Virus record (IMG/VR): IMGVR_UViG_3300017991_000003
Span: 1 to 64,000 of that record
Length of the DNA stretch: 64,000 nt
DNA from: a virus
Strand: one strand, 5' to 3'
Shown here: one piece after another, positions 9,340 through 19,126 of the stretch
Layout: each line of letters starts with the position of its first letter
Numbering within the stretch: the first letter of the stretch is position 1
The notes under the pieces: generated by a model
Seen by the model: only the letters and a program-made list of their open reading frames with translations
Database searches by the model: none
Told to the model about the DNA's origin: nothing
Translations under genes and position numbers: made by a program

Positions 9340-11231
9340 GCTATCAGTCAAGCCAGGGTGTGACAGGGCGCGGTGTCCGCAACGATCGGACCCTGAACAC
9401 GTACCCGCACCAGTTCTTCGATCCGAGCACGAGCTACATCCCTCACTCGGTGAAGGAGATGTACCGGTGGTGCCAGTTCCTGTACATGACGCACTCCGAG
9501 ATCGCCCCGGTGATCAACAAGAAGTGCGCGTACGTCATCACCAAGCTGATCTACGACTCCGACGTCGATGCGAACGTCAAGGCGTGGAAGAACCTGCTGG
9601 AAGAGAACATCAACATCCGGGAGATGGAGTACAAGCTCCTCCTGGACTTCGAGGTCTATGGCAACGCCTTCGTCTCGATCCACTACCCCTTCGAGCGCTA
9701 TCTGACCTGCCCTAACGGTGCGTGTAAGCAGCAGCATCCGGCGCGGAACATCGACTGGGAGTACCGAGATCACGAGTTCCGGGCCAAGTGCCCTGAGTGC
9801 GGTACTACGGGGGTGTTCAAGCCGCATGATCGCAAGATCCGCAACCGCCGGCGCATCAAGCTGATCCGCTGGAACCCCAAGTTTGTCAACATCCGCTACA
9901 ACCCGTTTACCGACGACTCGGTCTACATCTACCGGATCCCCAAATGGATTCAGAAGAAGCTGACCACGGTCAAGGAGAACAAGGAGCTGGTGTCGGGCAC
10001 TCCGCTGGTCATCCTCGAGGCGGTGCGTAAGAAGCGCGACGTCGAGCTCGACCGCGACAACATCTACCACTTCAAGAACGCCAGTATCAGTCTCGAGGAC
10101 GACGCCTTTGGCATGCCCCCCATGCTGGCGGTCTTCAAGGACGCCTGGTTGTTCCAGACGTTCCGCCGCGCGCAAGAGGCCATCGCCCTTGAGCACATCC
10201 TCCCGATGACTCTCCTGATCCCGGCGCCCACGGCAGCCGGCGTCTCCCCGCACATGAGCGTGGATCTCGGGGACTGGTCGGATCGGATGAACCTGATCAT
10301 CAAGAAGTGGCGTCGAGACCCCAACGCGCTCTTCACCATCCCGTTCCCGGCTCAGGTCGAGAACGTGCGGGGTGACGCCCAAGCGCTCGCTGTCCACAAC
10401 GACATGACCCAGATCCGCCAGCAGATCACCGGCGGCCTGGACGTGCCCCAGGAGTTCATCTACGGCGGCCTGAACTGGTCTGGCTCGTCGATCAGCCTAC
10501 GAGTGCTCGAGAACCTGTTCATCGGCCGAAAGGAGCAGCTGGATGCGTTCCTCCAGTGGGTGACCGACCGCCTTCAGCGGTTCTGCCTGCTACCGGAGAT
10601 GCACATCCGTCACCGTGACTTCAAGATGGCCGACGACGCTCAGCAGAAGCAGATCGCCCTCAGCCTGCGCCAGACCAACACGATCTCTGACCAGACCTCG
10701 ATCGAGGAGCTGGGCTTCGACTACGAGCGTGAGGAGGCGCGCAAGAGGCGCGAGGAAGAGGATCGACTGGCGGCCATGGAGCGCTCACAGCTTCGCCAGG
10801 CTGAGACGCAAGGCAAGGTCATGGTCCTCCAGGCGGAGTTCCAGGCCAACGCCGAGGCTGCCCAGATGCGCCAGCAGCAAGAGCAAGAGGCGAGGGCCAC
10901 CCAAGAGGGGTACGACACGACTCCTCCGGCGGAGCCAGGCATGGAGGGCGCTCCCGGCGAGCCCGGAGCTCCGATGCCGCCCCAAGGCCCCGGCGACCCT
11001 CAGCAGGCCCCTGACCAGACGGACCCGGTCATTCTCGACATGATGGCCAACCACCTGATCAAGGGGACGCCCCCGCATCTCCTGGAGCAGGAGCTCGCGG
11101 CGCTCGAGACCACGAACCCGGCACTGGCCAAGAAGGTCCGTGAGCGCATCAAGCTGATTCAGAAGCAGACGGCTGACTACAAGCCGCTGCCTGAGCAGAA
11201 ACCCCCGCGTCGCGAGTCGACCCCCGTCTGA
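9336..11231 (+). CDS. large virion-associated protein with internal Cys4 Zn-ribbon and C-terminal coiled-coil/acidic tail (possible portal; unresolved)
   Basis: 631 aa; CPNGAC...CPEC ribbon; C-terminal EEARKRREEEDRLAAMERSQLRQAE coiled-coil-like tail as often seen in portals; no direct portal signature recognised. Confidence 0.3.
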   Translation: MSYQSSQGVTGRGVRNDRTLNTYPHQFFDPSTSYIPHSVKEMYRWCQFLYMTHSEIAPVINKKCAYVITKLIYDSDVDANVKAWKNLLEENINIREMEYKLLLDFEVYGNAFVSIHYPFERYLTCPNGACKQQHPARNIDWEYRDHEFRAKCPECGTTGVFKPHDRKIRNRRRIKLIRWNPKFVNIRYNPFTDDSVYIYRIPKWIQKKLTTVKENKELVSGTPLVILEAVRKKRDVELDRDNIYHFKNASISLEDDAFGMPPMLAVFKDAWLFQTFRRAQEAIALEHILPMTLLIPAPTAAGVSPHMSVDLGDWSDRMNLIIKKWRRDPNALFTIPFPAQVENVRGDAQALAVHNDMTQIRQQITGGLDVPQEFIYGGLNWSGSSISLRVLENLFIGRKEQLDAFLQWVTDRLQRFCLLPEMHIRHRDFKMADDAQQKQIALSLRQTNTISDQTSIEELGFDYEREEARKRREEEDRLAAMERSQLRQAETQGKVMVLQAEFQANAEAAQMRQQQEQEARATQEGYDTTPPAEPGMEGAPGEPGAPMPPQGPGDPQQAPDQTDPVILDMMANHLIKGTPPHLLEQELAALETTNPALAKKVRERIKLIQKQTADYKPLPEQKPPRRESTPV

Positions 11232-11611
11232 TGGGCGCCAAGGGCAGTGGGCGTACACGCATCGAAGCGGACCTGATGCCTCGGGTCCGTGAGGGCTTTG
11301 CACGTCGTCTCCAAGACATGGGGACGATGAGCAAGCTCGGCGCCATCCTGCTCAAGCCCAACCAAGGGACACAGCGCCGCATCCGGCGTGAGACCCTCAA
11401 TATGGACACGGTCGGTGATCAGAAGCGTTGGCAGATGCTGCACAACGACTCCGAGCGCTATGAGGTCATCACGGCCAAGGACAGCAACACCAACCGCGGT
11501 AACTACTGCCACGTGACCTACATCGAGAAGGGTGACGACCTCCCCCTCGTCAAGAGCGAGAGCGAGCTCCGTTCTGAGGATAAAGAGCGCATCAAAGAGG
11601 AGGGCGGCTGA
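11231..11611 (+). CDS. hypothetical protein
   Basis: 126 aa ORF; ATGA-type overlaps at both ends. Confidence 0.5.
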   Translation: MGAKGSGRTRIEADLMPRVREGFARRLQDMGTMSKLGAILLKPNQGTQRRIRRETLNMDTVGDQKRWQMLHNDSERYEVITAKDSNTNRGNYCHVTYIEKGDDLPLVKSESELRSEDKERIKEEGG

Positions 11612-14600
11612 TGCTCGAAGGGCAGCACTTCCGGCAGTTCAAAGAGGCGCTGACTCGGTCGGAGGGCATCGTCAAGGGTATGTTCCCGATCGAGAGCCCC
11701 ACGAAGCGGCTCGAGGTCACGAACCTGCGTTGGACGAACGTAGGCCCGGACGTGGTCTTCGACGTCGAGAAGCAGAAGCAGGCCAAGCTGAAGGAGCAGT
11801 CGATCAACGCTGTTCTGGTCGGTGACGTCACGCTGCGTGAGCTCGGCTCCAAAGGGAAAGTCCTCGACCAGACCAAGCGCTACCCGATCCTCTCGGTGCC
11901 GCACCTGACGATGAACGCTGGCTACATCGTCAACGGCAAAGAGCAGCAGGTCGTCAACCAGTTCCGTCTGCGCCCTGGCATCTACACCCGGTTCACGGGG
12001 GACGACAACGTCGAGGCGTTCCTCAACACCACGGCGATCGGTACTTACAAGATCCTCCTCGACCGCTCTACCGGTGTGATCCGTATGCGGGTCGGCACGG
12101 CCGCACGCACCCCGATCTACTCGGTTCTGATCGCGGCTGGGCTGACTGATGCCGAGATCAAGACACTGCTGGGGACGGAGCTCTACGCGGAGAACAAGCG
12201 GGCGGCCAAGCCGGATCAGGACATCCCCAAGCTCCTGAAGCGGATGCGCCCGTACCTCAACCAGCCGGCGGAGCTGGGCGAGAAGTCAAAGCTCGTGCGT
12301 CAGTATCTGGAGTCGAAGCCCCTCGACCCCGCCGTGAACAAGGTCACGGTGGGCGAGGGTCTCGACCGCATCGACCGCAATGCCCTCGTGGCGGCGATCA
12401 AGAAGGTCCTCAAGCTGTCTAAGGGTGAGGCAGAGCCCGACGACACGGAGAGCCTTGCCTTCAAGTACATCCTCTCGATCGAGGACTTCGTGCCCGAGCG
12501 GCTCCAGAAGGCGGCCGACGGGCTCAAGTACAAGATCCAGGGCGACATGCGCCGCCGGGATGAGATCCGCTTGATCCTCCCGCCCAACCGCCTGAGCCAG
12601 CCGGTGGAGTCCTTTTTCACCACCTCGGAGTTCACGCGCTACTCGAGCCAGCACAACCCGCTGGACATGGCGGCGATCTCGAGCCTGACCACCACCATGG
12701 GTGATGGCGGGATCTCGAGCTCCCATGCGATCACCGACGAGGTGCGTACGATCCACCCGAGCCACTACGGTCTCCTGGATCCCATGCACACCCCGGAGGG
12801 GTGTTGCAGCGCTGACATGGAGGTCATGACGGATCAAGGCTGGGTTGCGTGGCCCGACGTAGACCGGACCACTCGGTTTGCTTGCCTAGACGCTGATCAA
12901 GGCCTTACCTATCACCGCGCCTCCGAGCTACACGTCTACGACCACGACGGGCCTCTCTACGGGTTCAAGTCGGAGACCCTGGAATACCTGCTGACCCCGA
13001 ATCATCGTCAGTGGGTCCGCCCGATTGAGGATCGATCGACGCGTGGGTATCGGTTTGAGACCGCGGAGGAGATGTACGGTAAACGTCGGCGAGTCCGCAT
13101 CGGCGGGCATTTGGCCTACGAGGGTCAGGCCGTCGATACCTGGCAGCTCCCTGAAATCCCTAAGGGAAGCAACTCGCAGAAGGTTTTCCCGGCCTTTGCT
13201 ATTGAGGACTGGGCTGAGTTCCTTGGCTGGTACCTGAGCGAAGGGAGCAGTCGGGGTTACGTGACTTCGATCACGCAGTATGAGGCTGCGAACCCGGAGA
13301 ATGTGGCTCAGATCGAGGCGCTGTTGACACGCATGCAGGTCGCGTGGAGCCGCAGCTCCAGGAGCTTCTCGATCCCAGGTAAGCAGCTAGTCAGCTACCT
13401 GCGTCAGTTCGGCCACTCCGATACCAAGTACATCCCTAAAGAGGCGTTCGACTTCCCGGCGGCGGCGCGTGAGGCCATGCTCGAGGCGCTAATGCTCGGA
13501 GACGGTCGCAAGGGCAAGGGCCGATGCTCTTGCTACTGCACTACATCTGAGCAGCTCGCCAAGGACGTGCAGCGCTTGGCCTTCGGCCTAGGGGTGTCGA
13601 GCAAAATCACCTTTGAGCCGGATACGCGGGAGGAGCACTACCGCGGGTGCTGGATCGTCCATCTCCACGCGCTCACTGAGCGTCAGGTGCTGCCACAAAT
13701 GCGCGCAGCAGGTAACGGCCAGTTCATCGAGGAATACCAAGGCAAGGTCTACTGCGCCACGGTTCCTGGTGGCCTGCTGTACATCCGTCGAGCCGGCAAG
13801 AGCGGTTTCTGGTCCGGCAATAGCAAGGTGGGCGTGACCGGTCACTTGGCCCTGGGCGCGCGCAAGAAGGGGCAGACCCTCTACGTCCCGGTCTATGACG
13901 CCAAGACGGGCAAGCGCGTGGAGAAGTCGGTTCAAGACCTGGACCAGGCCACCATCGCGTTCCCTGATCAGTACGACAACCTGCCCGACAAGCCGGGCGC
14001 GTCGGTCAAGGGCAAGCCCACGACCAAGCTGAAGAAGGTCAAGGCCCGTAGTCGTAACGAGTTCACGGAGGTGAGTCCGTCGGCTGTGGACTACATCTTC
14101 GTCAGCTCCGACAGCTTCTTCAGCTCGACCACGGCTGCGATTCCCTTCCTCCCCAACAACGACGCCAACCGCGTCCTGATGGGTGACAAGCATATCGAGC
14201 AGTCGGTGAACCTTGAGGACCCCGACGCGCCGATGGTCCAGCACCGCATCCGAGGCCGGGGCTATGAGGAGATGTTCGGGGAGCGCCTAGCCCCCCGGGC
14301 TATCGACCCCAAGACCGGCAAGCCCGTCGGCGGAGAGGTCCTCGAGGTCACCAAGACGCATATCACCATCCGGCCGGATGGCGGCGGCCGTCGACGCATC
14401 AAGGTCCCGATCCACGACCACTACCCGCTCAACAGCCGGACGTTCCTGCACGACGAGCCGGTGGTGAAGAAGGGTGACAAGGTCAAGCCTGGCCAGATCC
14501 TGGCCCGCAACAACTTCACCAAGGACGGAGACCTGGCGGTCGGCAAGAACCTCCGAGTCGCCTACACCGCGTACAAGGGCTACAACTTCGAGGACGGCAT

Positions 14601-17600
14601 CGTCATCTCGGAAGGGGCGGCTAAGAAGTTGACCTCGGTGCACAAGTACGAGGCCCGCGTTGAGAAGGGCAAGGGCATCACGGTCGGTGCAGACGCCTAC
14701 GCTGCCGCCTACCCCTCGGAGCTGGAGCATATCCGCGACCGTGCCCGGCGCTACGACGCTGTGGGTGTTATCAAGAAGGGCCAGCAGGTCGTCAAGGGCG
14801 ATGTCCTGATCCCCGCCATCCAGGAGGTCGAGGCGCATCCCGAGTACGACTACAAGCGTCTGCACCGCAGCGCCGGTCTCCGGCACATGGATATCAGCGA
14901 GACCTGGAACCACGACTTCCCTGGTGAGGTCGTAGACGTGGTCAAGACTCGGACATTCGTGAAGGTCGTGGTCAAGAGCAAGGAACCGATGCAGGTCGGT
15001 GACAAGCTGAGCTCGCGCCACGGCGCCAAGGGCATCGTCGTCAAGATCATCCCTGATGAGGAGATGTACAAGGACGAGGAAGGTGCGACGATCGATATCC
15101 TGCTCAACCCGGCGGGGGTGCCTGGTCGCGTCAACACGGGTCAGATGCTCGAAGCCGCGGCCGGCAAGCTGGCCCGTAAGACGGGCAAGAAGTACTACAC
15201 CGACAACTTCAACGAGAAGGGCAGCACGATCAAGAACCTCCGCAAGGAACTAGCGGGGGCCGGGATCTCCGATGAGGAGACGATCGTCGACCCGAAGACG
15301 GGGCACAAGCTCGAACGCGTCCTCGTCGGCGACACGCACATCTACAAACTGACCCACCAGGTCACGGGCAAGATGAAGGCCCGCGCCTCTGTGGGTGAGC
15401 CCTACTCGGTGGACGAGCAGCCCGTGAAGGGATCAGGGTCAGGTGCCCAGCGCATCGGCATCCTCGACACCTTCAGCCTGCTTTCGGGCGACGCCACGGC
15501 GTTCCTCGAGGATGCCTTCGGCCTCAAGAGCCAGAAGAACGACGAGTACTGGCGTGCCCTCCAGACTGGGCAAACACTGCCGCCTCCGAAGACCCCGTTC
15601 ATCGAGGAGAAGTTCGTGGCCATGCTCATTGGCGCGGGCATCGACCTCAAACAGAAAGGCAGTCGCATCGACGCGGGGCCGCTGACGGATGCTGAGGTTC
15701 TCTCAATGTCCAATGGCGCCATCGAGCGCCCGGTGGCGGTCAAGGCATCGAACCTCAAACCCGAGCGTGGCGGGCTCTTCGATCCCGGCAAGACCGGCGG
15801 TCCTGGCGGCAACTACTGGAACCATATCGATCTAGCCTCTGAGGTCGTGCACCCGCTGATGACCGACGCTGCGGCGTCCGTGGGCGGGTTCAAGACCAAG
15901 AAGGAGATGGACCAGATCATCCAGGGCCTGCTCGCGGTCACCGAGGAGGGCGAGGTCGTGGAGGCAGGCACCGCGGGTGCCGTGGCCGGTGGCTCGGGAG
16001 TGAAGCGCCGACTCGCTACGATCAACGTTCCGAGGGCCATCAAAGAGACCGAGTTGGTGGCGGCGACCGCCAAGGGCGCCAAGCTGGACAAGGCCCACAA
16101 ACGGCTGCGCTACCTGCGCTCGCTTCAAGCCAGTGGCCACTCGGCTGTTGATGCCTACATCAACAAGACCCTCCCGGTCATCCCCGCCAAGTTCCGTCAG
16201 ATCGCTCCGATGCCCGACGGCAGCCTGAGTGTGGCTGACGCCAACCACGGCTACCGAGAGGTCCTTCTCATCAACGAGAAGATCAAGCAGCTGAAGGCTC
16301 TCGGAGTCGACGAGCAGAACCTGCGAGCACTCAACAAGGCTCTGGCGGACGCTACGGCCGGCCTCGTAGGCACGGCGCCTCCGATCAGCCGAGGCAAGGT
16401 CTTCCGCGGCTTCGTCAGTCAGATCCACGGCCCGACGCCTAAGTCGGGTCTGGCGCAGTCGAAGCTCATGGGACGCAACCAAGACCTGAGCGGCCGGTCG
16501 ACTGTGATCCCCAACCCCAAGCTGGGGATGGACGAGGTCGGTATCCCGGCTGAGATCGCCTACAAGATCTACAAGCCCTTCGTCATCAAGCGTCTCGTCA
16601 CCGCCGGCCACAAGCCGCTAGATGCCCGCTCCATGGTCGAGCAGGGCCACCCGGCCGCCCGTCGTGCGCTCGAGGTGGAGGCTGAAGACCGCCCGGTGCT
16701 GATGAACCGCGCGCCCTCACTGCACAAGTTCAACATCCAGGCCCTCAAGCCCCGGGTGATCGACGGTAAGGCGGTCGAGGTCAACCCGCTCATCGTGAGC
16801 GGCTACAACATGGACTTCGACGGGGATACGGCCGGTCTACACGTTCCGGTCTCTGAAGAGGCCCGGCGCGAGGCTCGTGAGAAGCTGCTCCCGTCGCGCA
16901 ACCTGTTCAGCCCTCGGGAGGAGTTCGTGGTCCATGCCCCGACCAAGGAGACGATCCTCGGGGTGTACCTGATGACTACGCCCAAGGGACTTGCCTCCAA
17001 GTCGTTCTCCTCCGACCAGGAGATGGTCAAGGCATACCAGGCCAAGGAGATCAAGGTCAACGAAGCGGTGAAGGTCCAAGGCGCTGTGACCTGCGCCGGT
17101 CAGGCCATCTTCAACACGGCGCTTCCTATGGATCTGCGCGTGGGTCGTACGTCGGTGACCGGTCCGCGTTTGAGCCAGCTCCTGGTTCGCATCGGTCGGC
17201 AGTTGGGCCCCGACCGGGCCGCTCAAGTGATCTCGAAGATCAAGGACCTAGGCAACCACTACGTGACCGAGGTCGGGTTCTCCGTGAGTCTCCGGGACCT
17301 TGAGCTTGATACGAGCAAGCGGGATCAGATCGTCAACAAGCTCAAACGAGACGCCAAGACCAAGGGGTTCGATGAGGCGGCTGGCGAGGCGCTCGAAGAC
17401 ATCGCAGCGCTGCTGGCGTCGGCAGAGGATAACCGGTTCGTGGAGGCTGGCATCACATCCGGAGCCCTAGGCTCCAAAGGCATCCACCGGATGCTGGCGA
17501 GCACCGTGGCAGTGACGGATCACAAGGGCAAGACGGTCCCGATCCCGGTCGAGAAGTCCTATGCCGAGGGCCACGATCTAGGTACCTACTTGGGTACGAC

Positions 17601-18765
17601 CCCCGGCGCCCGGAAGGGCTTGATCGACAAAGGCCTGAGCGTGGCGGATACGGGCTACTTCAGCCGCATGCTCGTCAACAGCTCGATCGAGAACCAGGTG
17701 ACCGTCGCGGACTGCGGAACCAAGTCGGGCCAGGATCTGCCGCTCAACTCCCAGGAGCTCGCGCACCGCTACGGCGCCGAGGGCCGCTACCGCAACGTCT
17801 TGATCACCTCGGACATCGCCCGCCGCCTGCGCTCCCTAGGCCAGAAAACGGTCAAGGTCCGTAGCCCTCTGACTTGTCAGGCGCAGAAGGGCGTCTGTCA
17901 GAAGTGCTTCGGCCTACTCGAGGATGGCAAACCGCCTCGCATCGGTTATCACGTCGGTGCTCTGGCCGGCCAGACCCTGGGTGAGGTGGCTACCCAGCTG
18001 ACCCTGCGCAGCTTCCACACTGGTGGCGCTGTTGGTGGGCCCGACCTGGGTTTTGAGCGCATCCGTCAGATCATGGAGATGCCTCAAAGCATCCAAGGCA
18101 AAGCCATCCTGAGCGAGGCCACCGGCCAGGTGACGCGCATCGACACAGCGCCGGCGGGCGGTAGTTACGTCTACGTCGGCTCCGAGAAGCACTTCATCCC
18201 CAAGGAGCTGGGGGTAGCGGTGAGTCGAGGCCAGCGCGTGAAGGCGGGGGATCAGCTGAGCAAGTCGGGTGTGATCAAGCCTCAGGAGCTGCTAGATACG
18301 ACAGGGGACATCAATCGTGTCCGTACCCATCTGATCAACGAGCTGGATGCTAACTACAGAGCGGCCGGCAAGAAGGTCAACCGCCGGATCTTCGAGACGG
18401 TGGTCAAGCCTCTTACTGACCGTGCGACTGTGACGGACGTCGGAGACGCCGGCCGCCATTTCCCGGTACATGCCGGGGAGGTCATGCCTGTCAACCAGAT
18501 CGAGGAGATGAACCGCAAGCTCAAGCAGCGCCGTCTTCGCCCGATCCAGTTCGAGCCTATGATCATGGGTATCAAGCAGGCCCCGTTCCAGAGCGAGGAC
18601 TTCGTGGGAACGCTCACCCATGAGAAGCTCAAGCGGACCCTCACCGAGGCCCCTAGCCTGGGTAAAGCCACGGACCTTGTGCGCGGCCACCCGATGGCCC
18701 GCCTGGGTCTCACCAACCTCCGATCCATCGAAGCCATCAAACGACCTCAAGGGGTGAAGCGATGA
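11611..18765 (+). CDS. fused beta-beta' multisubunit DNA-dependent RNA polymerase, intein-containing
   Basis: Beta motifs: SQHNPLD...HPSHYG...HTPEG, IPFLPNNDANRVLMG, GDKLSSRHGAKGIVV (14998..15033), VNTGQMLE, GAQRIGILDTFSLL. Beta' motifs in the same frame: NHIDLASEVVHPL, NMDFDGD (about 16807..16827), PSLHKFNIQA. Beta' N-terminal Zn-ribbon appears absent. Confidence 0.85.
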   Translation: MLEGQHFRQFKEALTRSEGIVKGMFPIESPTKRLEVTNLRWTNVGPDVVFDVEKQKQAKLKEQSINAVLVGDVTLRELGSKGKVLDQTKRYPILSVPHLTMNAGYIVNGKEQQVVNQFRLRPGIYTRFTGDDNVEAFLNTTAIGTYKILLDRSTGVIRMRVGTAARTPIYSVLIAAGLTDAEIKTLLGTELYAENKRAAKPDQDIPKLLKRMRPYLNQPAELGEKSKLVRQYLESKPLDPAVNKVTVGEGLDRIDRNALVAAIKKVLKLSKGEAEPDDTESLAFKYILSIEDFVPERLQKAADGLKYKIQGDMRRRDEIRLILPPNRLSQPVESFFTTSEFTRYSSQHNPLDMAAISSLTTTMGDGGISSSHAITDEVRTIHPSHYGLLDPMHTPEGCCSADMEVMTDQGWVAWPDVDRTTRFACLDADQGLTYHRASELHVYDHDGPLYGFKSETLEYLLTPNHRQWVRPIEDRSTRGYRFETAEEMYGKRRRVRIGGHLAYEGQAVDTWQLPEIPKGSNSQKVFPAFAIEDWAEFLGWYLSEGSSRGYVTSITQYEAANPENVAQIEALLTRMQVAWSRSSRSFSIPGKQLVSYLRQFGHSDTKYIPKEAFDFPAAAREAMLEALMLGDGRKGKGRCSCYCTTSEQLAKDVQRLAFGLGVSSKITFEPDTREEHYRGCWIVHLHALTERQVLPQMRAAGNGQFIEEYQGKVYCATVPGGLLYIRRAGKSGFWSGNSKVGVTGHLALGARKKGQTLYVPVYDAKTGKRVEKSVQDLDQATIAFPDQYDNLPDKPGASVKGKPTTKLKKVKARSRNEFTEVSPSAVDYIFVSSDSFFSSTTAAIPFLPNNDANRVLMGDKHIEQSVNLEDPDAPMVQHRIRGRGYEEMFGERLAPRAIDPKTGKPVGGEVLEVTKTHITIRPDGGGRRRIKVPIHDHYPLNSRTFLHDEPVVKKGDKVKPGQILARNNFTKDGDLAVGKNLRVAYTAYKGYNFEDGIVISEGAAKKLTSVHKYEARVEKGKGITVGADAYAAAYPSELEHIRDRARRYDAVGVIKKGQQVVKGDVLIPAIQEVEAHPEYDYKRLHRSAGLRHMDISETWNHDFPGEVVDVVKTRTFVKVVVKSKEPMQVGDKLSSRHGAKGIVVKIIPDEEMYKDEEGATIDILLNPAGVPGRVNTGQMLEAAAGKLARKTGKKYYTDNFNEKGSTIKNLRKELAGAGISDEETIVDPKTGHKLERVLVGDTHIYKLTHQVTGKMKARASVGEPYSVDEQPVKGSGSGAQRIGILDTFSLLSGDATAFLEDAFGLKSQKNDEYWRALQTGQTLPPPKTPFIEEKFVAMLIGAGIDLKQKGSRIDAGPLTDAEVLSMSNGAIERPVAVKASNLKPERGGLFDPGKTGGPGGNYWNHIDLASEVVHPLMTDAAASVGGFKTKKEMDQIIQGLLAVTEEGEVVEAGTAGAVAGGSGVKRRLATINVPRAIKETELVAATAKGAKLDKAHKRLRYLRSLQASGHSAVDAYINKTLPVIPAKFRQIAPMPDGSLSVADANHGYREVLLINEKIKQLKALGVDEQNLRALNKALADATAGLVGTAPPISRGKVFRGFVSQIHGPTPKSGLAQSKLMGRNQDLSGRSTVIPNPKLGMDEVGIPAEIAYKIYKPFVIKRLVTAGHKPLDARSMVEQGHPAARRALEVEAEDRPVLMNRAPSLHKFNIQALKPRVIDGKAVEVNPLIVSGYNMDFDGDTAGLHVPVSEEARREAREKLLPSRNLFSPREEFVVHAPTKETILGVYLMTTPKGLASKSFSSDQEMVKAYQAKEIKVNEAVKVQGAVTCAGQAIFNTALPMDLRVGRTSVTGPRLSQLLVRIGRQLGPDRAAQVISKIKDLGNHYVTEVGFSVSLRDLELDTSKRDQIVNKLKRDAKTKGFDEAAGEALEDIAALLASAEDNRFVEAGITSGALGSKGIHRMLASTVAVTDHKGKTVPIPVEKSYAEGHDLGTYLGTTPGARKGLIDKGLSVADTGYFSRMLVNSSIENQVTVADCGTKSGQDLPLNSQELAHRYGAEGRYRNVLITSDIARRLRSLGQKTVKVRSPLTCQAQKGVCQKCFGLLEDGKPPRIGYHVGALAGQTLGEVATQLTLRSFHTGGAVGGPDLGFERIRQIMEMPQSIQGKAILSEATGQVTRIDTAPAGGSYVYVGSEKHFIPKELGVAVSRGQRVKAGDQLSKSGVIKPQELLDTTGDINRVRTHLINELDANYRAAGKKVNRRIFETVVKPLTDRATVTDVGDAGRHFPVHAGEVMPVNQIEEMNRKLKQRRLRPIQFEPMIMGIKQAPFQSEDFVGTLTHEKLKRTLTEAPSLGKATDLVRGHPMARLGLTNLRSIEAIKRPQGVKR
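12802..13821 (+). mobile_element. intein with LAGLIDADG homing-endonuclease domain inserted after the conserved TPEG of the beta module
   Basis: Begins CCSADMEVMTDQG (block A-like), TPNH (block B-like), two LAGLIDADG-like helices (LGWYLSEGS, EALMLGDGRKG), ends ...FWSGN followed by Ser; flanks (HTPEG / SKVGV...IPFLPNNDANR) restore beta-subunit colinearity. Boundaries within a few codons. Confidence 0.65.
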
Positions 18766-19124
18766 CCAAGCGCAGCGCAGCCTACATCGAGGGTCTCCTG
18801 AAGGAGGCCGCAGGTAAAAAGAAGAAGAAGGAGAAAGACAGCCAGCCTAAGAGCTTGACTCGCTCCGACATCGACAAGGCCCGACTGAACCCGGACCTGA
18901 TGCGTCGTATGCGGATGCGTTCGAGCGTGGCTGTCCCCCTCAAAGGCGATGAGCTGCTTCAGGTGCGCCGGCTGGCGCGTCGGAACCTTCCCTTGATGCG
19001 TCAGCGCAACCCCAAGCTGACCGAGAAGGCCCTTTACGATCGCCTGGTGGCGCTGATCCAGAGCCGCCGGCCCGAGATGCGCAAGAAGCTCCTGGCAGCT
19101 GTAGCCACGGAGTACGGGACCTAG
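18762..19124 (+). CDS. hypothetical small basic protein
   Basis: 120 aa ORF; ATGA overlap with RNAP stop; Lys/Arg-rich. Confidence 0.5.
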   Translation: MTKRSAAYIEGLLKEAAGKKKKKEKDSQPKSLTRSDIDKARLNPDLMRRMRMRSSVAVPLKGDELLQVRRLARRNLPLMRQRNPKLTEKALYDRLVALIQSRRPEMRKKLLAAVATEYGT

Positions 19125-19126
19125 GA

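Noticed and set aside
12286-18750. Multiple long ORFs on the - strand inside the RNAP gene (for example 12286..12837, 13588..14244, 14287..15021, 15832..16611).
   Set aside because: Antisense shadow ORFs expected in high-GC coding DNA; Arg/Leu/Asp-rich low-complexity translations that overlap a gene with clear conserved motifs.
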